Shown here in pieces: positions 8,308 through 11,862 of a stretch of DNA of 11,862 nucleotides. Origin of the DNA: an uncultured bacterium (GTDB lineage: Bacteria; Abyssobacteria; SURF-5); assembly GCA_964607485.1 (NCBI GenBank), contig CAZSKP010000068.1, positions 1-11,862 on the forward strand, in the 5' to 3' direction. The position numbers were made by a program, and so were the translations under genes. Below the pieces are notes generated by a model. It worked only from the letters and a program-made list of their open reading frames with translations, searched no databases and was not told the origin of the DNA. The first letter of the stretch is position 1. Every line of letters starts with the position of its first letter.

Positions 8308-9947
8308 TACTTGCATGGTTGCTCATCATTACTCTTGCGGCAGGCCTGCTGGCGTGGGTGTCGAGCCGGTGGAGCACCGGGCTATGCCGGTGGATTTCGC
8401 TGGCCGCGCTGTTTCTCGACCTGGTGCTGGTTCTCACGCTCTGGAGAGGGCATTCCGCTCAATTTGCCATCTCCGGCAACGGCCCATGGCTGGCAGAAGT
8501 GAGCTGGAACTGGATTCCGGAGCTGGGGATCGGCTTTCATCTCGCTGCTGACGGTCTCAGCCTGTTGCTGCTGCTTCTGACGGTCTTCCTCGGGATAATC
8601 TCGGTTGCGGCGTCCTGGGACGAGATACAGGAGCGCGTCGGTTTCTTTCATTTCAACCTGATGTTTGTGCTGGGAGGCATACTCGGCGTCTTCATGGTGT
8701 TCGACCTTTTCCTCTTTTACTTCTTCTGGGAACTCATGCTTGTCCCCATGTATTTCCTTATAAGCATATGGGGACACGAAAACCGCGTGTATGCGGCGAT
8801 AAAATTCTTCATCTTTACCCAGGCGAGCGGCCTCCTGATGCTCCTTGCGATACTCGGACTGTACTTCATCCACGGCCGAACGACCGCCACTTATACGTTC
8901 GATTACTCGCAGATTCTCGGCACGCCCCTGGCTGAACCTGCCGCGAAGTGGCTCCTGCTCGGCTTTTTTGTCGCGTTCGCCGTCAAACTGCCGGCCGTGC
9001 CGCTTCACACGTGGCTGCCGGATGCCCACACCCAGGCGCCCACAGCCGGAAGCGTGATACTCGCAGGATTGATGCTGAAAACCGGCGCCTACGGTATGCT
9101 CAGGTTCGCCGTGCCGCTCTTTCCCGAAGCCGCGCGTGACCTGGCGCCCGCGGCCATGCTGTTGGGGGTCGTCGCAATTCTCTACGGGGCGATTCTCGCA
9201 TTTGCCCAGACGGATCTCAAGCGGCTCATAGCCTACACGAGCGTCAGCCACCTGGGATTTGTGCTGTTGGGCATAGCCGCGTGGAACAAATTGGCGTTGC
9301 AAGGGGCGGTCATCATCATTCTCGCGCACGGTCTCACTACCGGCGCGCTTTTTGTGATGGCAGGCGCTCTCCAGGAGCGTATCCACACGCGCGACATGAA
9401 CCGCATGGGAGGCCTGTGGAGCAAGGTGCCGCGGATGGGCGGCGTTGCGATGTTTTTCGCGCTCGCATCTCTCGGGCTGCCCGGACTCGCGAATTTCGTC
9501 GGCGAATTCCTTGTGCTCGTCGGCGCTTACAAGGTTAGCCCCACGCTGGCGGCAGTCGCGGCCCTCGGGCTTGTGGCGTCATCGATATATTCTCTCTGGA
9601 TAATCATGCGCGCGTTCCACGGCGAAAGTCGGGAGGAATGGCACGTCCGCGACATGGGCCTGCGCGAAATGGCCGTGTTCAGCGTCATGATGGCCGGCGT
9701 CATATGGCTGGGGCTGTATCCGCAGCCCGTGCTCAGCACGGCGGAACCCGCGCTCGAAACATTGAGAAAATCGGCGGCTCAGAATATTCCCGACAGACTC
9801 GCCGGAAACGTTGACCCACGGATCTCTGAAGCAGACGCCCTGCGTTGGCAGACGGTTCACTCGCAAGAAGCAGCAGGAGAATTTCACGAAGAAAATCCGA
9901 CTCGCCACGTCAGATTTCGGGGCGCTGAAGGGGAGAGCAGACCGTGA
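8304..9947 (+). CDS. nuoM: NADH-quinone oxidoreductase subunit M (ND4 homolog, antiporter-like), 547 aa
   Basis: Motifs FFWELMLVPMY, FAVKLPAVPLHTWLPDAH, LKTGAYG, DLKRLIAYTSVSHLGF, AHGL and GLPGLANFVGEF. Start moved from the ORF track's 8187 to ATG 8304 (ATGA overlap with the nuoL stop), giving MILAWLLII. Confidence 0.97.
   Translation: MILAWLLIITLAAGLLAWVSSRWSTGLCRWISLAALFLDLVLVLTLWRGHSAQFAISGNGPWLAEVSWNWIPELGIGFHLAADGLSLLLLLLTVFLGIISVAASWDEIQERVGFFHFNLMFVLGGILGVFMVFDLFLFYFFWELMLVPMYFLISIWGHENRVYAAIKFFIFTQASGLLMLLAILGLYFIHGRTTATYTFDYSQILGTPLAEPAAKWLLLGFFVAFAVKLPAVPLHTWLPDAHTQAPTAGSVILAGLMLKTGAYGMLRFAVPLFPEAARDLAPAAMLLGVVAILYGAILAFAQTDLKRLIAYTSVSHLGFVLLGIAAWNKLALQGAVIIILAHGLTTGALFVMAGALQERIHTRDMNRMGGLWSKVPRMGGVAMFFALASLGLPGLANFVGEFLVLVGAYKVSPTLAAVAALGLVASSIYSLWIIMRAFHGESREEWHVRDMGLREMAVFSVMMAGVIWLGLYPQPVLSTAEPALETLRKSAAQNIPDRLAGNVDPRISEADALRWQTVHSQEAAGEFHEENPTRHVRFRGAEGESRP
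9930..9935 (+). promoter_or_regulatory. Shine-Dalgarno site for nuoN (within the nuoM 3' end)
   Basis: GGGGAG ending 8 nt before GTG 9944. Confidence 0.6.
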
Positions 9948-11404
9948 CCGTCGCTGATTTGACAATGCTCTTGCCACTCATTGTCTTGAGTGGATCGATT
10001 GTGGTCATCATGCTGGTAATCGCATTCTATCGCAACCATGTGTTGACTTTGTTGATGACGATGTGTTCCCTGGCGCTGTGTTTGTTAACCCTGTCGGCTT
10101 CATCGTCTGCATCGCCCGCGGAGATAAAGTCGTACCTGATTGTGGACGGATACTCCCTGTTCTACATGGGGCTTCTCTTCGCCGCGAGCGTGGCCGTCGC
10201 CATGTTGTCCTATGGCTATTTGGAAGGGCGCAGGTGCGTCAAGGAGGAGTTTTATCCCATTCTGCTCATCGCCACGCTCGGTTCCGCCATTCTGGTGTCA
10301 AGCAGCCATTTCGTTTCCTTCTTCCTTGGACTCGAACTCCTCAGCGTTTCGTTGTACGTGTTGATTGGGTACGTGCGATCGGGCGTGAACAGCGTCGAGG
10401 CGGGCATCAAATATCTCATACTGGCGGCCACGTCTGTAGCGTTTCTGCTTTTTGGAATGGCTCTGGTCAATGCCGATCTCGGCACAATGGAACTCTCGCG
10501 TATTGCAACCATGGTGAATTCAGCGAGCCGTTCATATACTCCGCTGTTTCTCGCAGGGCTTGCGATGATCGTCATCGGCATAGGCTTCAAGCTCGCCATC
10601 GTGCCGTTTCATCTGTGGACTCCCGACGTGTATGAGGGCGCGCCCGCTCCGGTGACCGGCTTCATCGCGACCGCATCAAAAGGCGCCGTCTTCGCGCTGT
10701 TGCTTCGCTACTTCTCCCTGCTGAACCTCGACGGTTTCCGGCCTCTATTCCTCGTCTTCGGCGGAATCGCAATCGCCTCGATGTTCGTCGGCAATCTTCT
10801 GGCACTGCTGCAGGACAACGTAAAACGCATGCTGGCATACTCATCTATCGCACACATCGGATATCTGCTCGTTGCACTGTTGGCGAGCGGAAAGCTGGCG
10901 CCCGTGGCCGTCACCTTTTACCTGGTTGCTTACTTTATCACCACTCTGGGAGCCTTCGGAATTATTACCGTGCTCTCGGGGAAGGAAGACGAGCGGGACC
11001 AACTGGCGGATTATCGGGGTTTGGTCTTCCGACATCCGTGGCTTGCAGGCGTGTTCACGGCGATGCTGCTCTCGCTGGCAGGCATTCCGTTGACGGCGGG
11101 CTTCATCGGCAAATTCTATGTCATCTCTGCCGGTGTCGGCTCAAGCCTATGGCTGCTCGTTATAGCCCTCATAATAAACAGCGCAATCGGGCTTTTTTAC
11201 TATCTGCGCGTCATCGTCGCGATGTATTCGAAGTCCCTCGAGGAGGGGCCACCGCAGCAAGTCCCCGGTCACGCGCCTGCCGCTTCGTTCTCGCTTGCGG
11301 CCGGTCTAAGCCTGACGACGCTCACCGTCCTGCTCATATGGATTGGGGTTTATCCTTCACCTCTCATTTCCTTCATTCAAACGATGGTTGCCAACTTGAT
11401 TTGA
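9944..11404 (+). CDS. nuoN: NADH-quinone oxidoreductase subunit N (ND2 homolog, antiporter-like), 486 aa
   Basis: Motifs FLGLELLS, EAGIKY, GFKLAIVPFHLWTPDVYEGAP, TASKGA, KRMLAYSSIAH, SLAGIPLTAGFIGKF and YYLR. GTGA overlap with the nuoM stop, with GGGGAG at 9930-9935. Confidence 0.98.
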   Translation: MTVADLTMLLPLIVLSGSIVVIMLVIAFYRNHVLTLLMTMCSLALCLLTLSASSSASPAEIKSYLIVDGYSLFYMGLLFAASVAVAMLSYGYLEGRRCVKEEFYPILLIATLGSAILVSSSHFVSFFLGLELLSVSLYVLIGYVRSGVNSVEAGIKYLILAATSVAFLLFGMALVNADLGTMELSRIATMVNSASRSYTPLFLAGLAMIVIGIGFKLAIVPFHLWTPDVYEGAPAPVTGFIATASKGAVFALLLRYFSLLNLDGFRPLFLVFGGIAIASMFVGNLLALLQDNVKRMLAYSSIAHIGYLLVALLASGKLAPVAVTFYLVAYFITTLGAFGIITVLSGKEDERDQLADYRGLVFRHPWLAGVFTAMLLSLAGIPLTAGFIGKFYVISAGVGSSLWLLVIALIINSAIGLFYYLRVIVAMYSKSLEEGPPQQVPGHAPAASFSLAAGLSLTTLTVLLIWIGVYPSPLISFIQTMVANLI

Positions 11405-11510
11405 ACCTCTCCGAACCGCTCCAGAGAGATAACAGGAAGATCAAAGGTAAGAGAAATCTTAGGTGGCGAGTATCGACAAAGGGCTGATCACCTGCCACTC
11501 ACATCTAATC

Positions 11511-11567
11511 GAGTCTTTCAGCCATGATGCTGCGTCAACGTCATGTCACTGACTCTCTGAAAGACTC
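11511..11567. repeat. Inverted repeat / potential long hairpin across the RND gene stop codon
   Basis: GAGTCTTTCAG (11511-11521) is the exact reverse complement of CTGAAAGACTC (11557-11567). An inner stem CATGATG (11523-11529) / CGTCATG (11539-11545) has one G-U pair on the + strand. Confidence 0.7.
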
Positions 11568-11862
11568 ACGGGATGCGAATCAGGCTCTTCAGCGCCGGCG
11601 CCTTTCTTCCTCCCGAACAGCTGAACCACCGCCACATAGAAGAGGGGAATAAAGAAGATCGCCAGAAAAGTGGCCGTAATCATCCCACCCAGGACACCGG
11701 TACCGATAGCTTTTTGTGCTCCTGCGCCGGGTCCCGTGGCCGTTGCCAGCGGAAGGACGCCGAACCCGAACGCCAGCGAAGTCATAAGAATCGGGCGAAG
11801 CCTCAACTTGGCTACTTCCAGCCTAGCCTCGACAAGCCCTTTTCCCTCATCCACCTTGGCCA
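11546..11862 (-). CDS. RND efflux transporter permease subunit (AcrB/MexB-like, HAE1 family), 3' fragment covering TM11-TM12 and the tail
   Basis: EGKGLVEA...[19 protein letters not shown]...[33 protein letters not shown] is the hallmark AcrB C-terminal region. The frame stays open to the window edge, so the GTG at 11854 is not the real start. Confidence 0.95.
   Translation of the reverse strand, partial: AKVDEGKGLVEARLEVAKLRLRPILMTSLAFGFGVLPLATATGPGAGAQKAIGTGVLGGMITATFLAIFFIPLFYVAVVQLFGRKKGAGAEEPDSHPVSLSESQ

Noticed and set aside
7084..9386. Long antisense ORFs (268 aa at 7084-7890, 334 aa at 8382-9386) opposite nuoL/nuoM
   Set aside because: These are the charged, His/Gln/Glu-rich mirror translations expected opposite membrane-protein genes.
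8080..9947. Possible '2M' complex I (extra pumping subunit with a lengthened NuoL lateral helix)
   Set aside because: Only one nuoM and one nuoN are present, and the NuoL segment from FDW to RWY appears the same length as in E. coli NuoL as I recall it.
11407..11428. CTCTC/GAGAG hairpin just after the nuoN stop as a terminator
   Set aside because: It has only 5 bp with a 12-nt loop and no following T-tract.
11038..11487. 149-aa + strand ORF overlapping the nuoN end and the spacer
   Set aside because: It is mostly off-frame within nuoN, with no motif and no clear ribosome-binding site.
11822..11824. Arg at a usually small or neutral position in the RND protein (EAR instead of EAT/EAA)
   Set aside because: It is a single-base difference (ACG to AGG) in a cytoplasmic helix, and the RLRPILMTS proton-relay motif is intact. 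It is too weak to interpret.
1..11862. CRISPR arrays, tandem repeats, tRNA/rRNA, IS ends, frameshifts or pseudogenes
   Set aside because: None seen by eye. Almost all of the window is intact coding sequence, and the longest non-coding stretch is 141 bp.

Overview
This window is mostly the distal part of a 14-subunit-type NADH:quinone oxidoreductase (respiratory complex I) operon on the + strand: the last 25 codons of nuoE, then complete nuoF, G, H, I, J, K, L, M and N, tightly packed and partly overlapping. The proteins resemble the E. coli-type enzyme (about 906 aa NuoG with the extra N7 [4Fe-4S] motif, single NuoM). After a 141-bp spacer, the 3' end of a convergent AcrB/MexB-like RND efflux permease enters from the right edge on the - strand. 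I found no mobile element, CRISPR array, RNA gene or new gene system. The points worth a second look are small. NuoJ TM3 has lost two polar residues found in E. coli-type NuoJ (Y59N, E55V). NuoF has an acidic variant of the NADH/FMN-site motif (GEEDG instead of GEETA). NuoM has a polar C-terminal extension of about 45-50 aa. A perfect 11-bp inverted repeat straddles the RND stop codon. All comparisons with reference proteins are from memory, not from a computed alignment.
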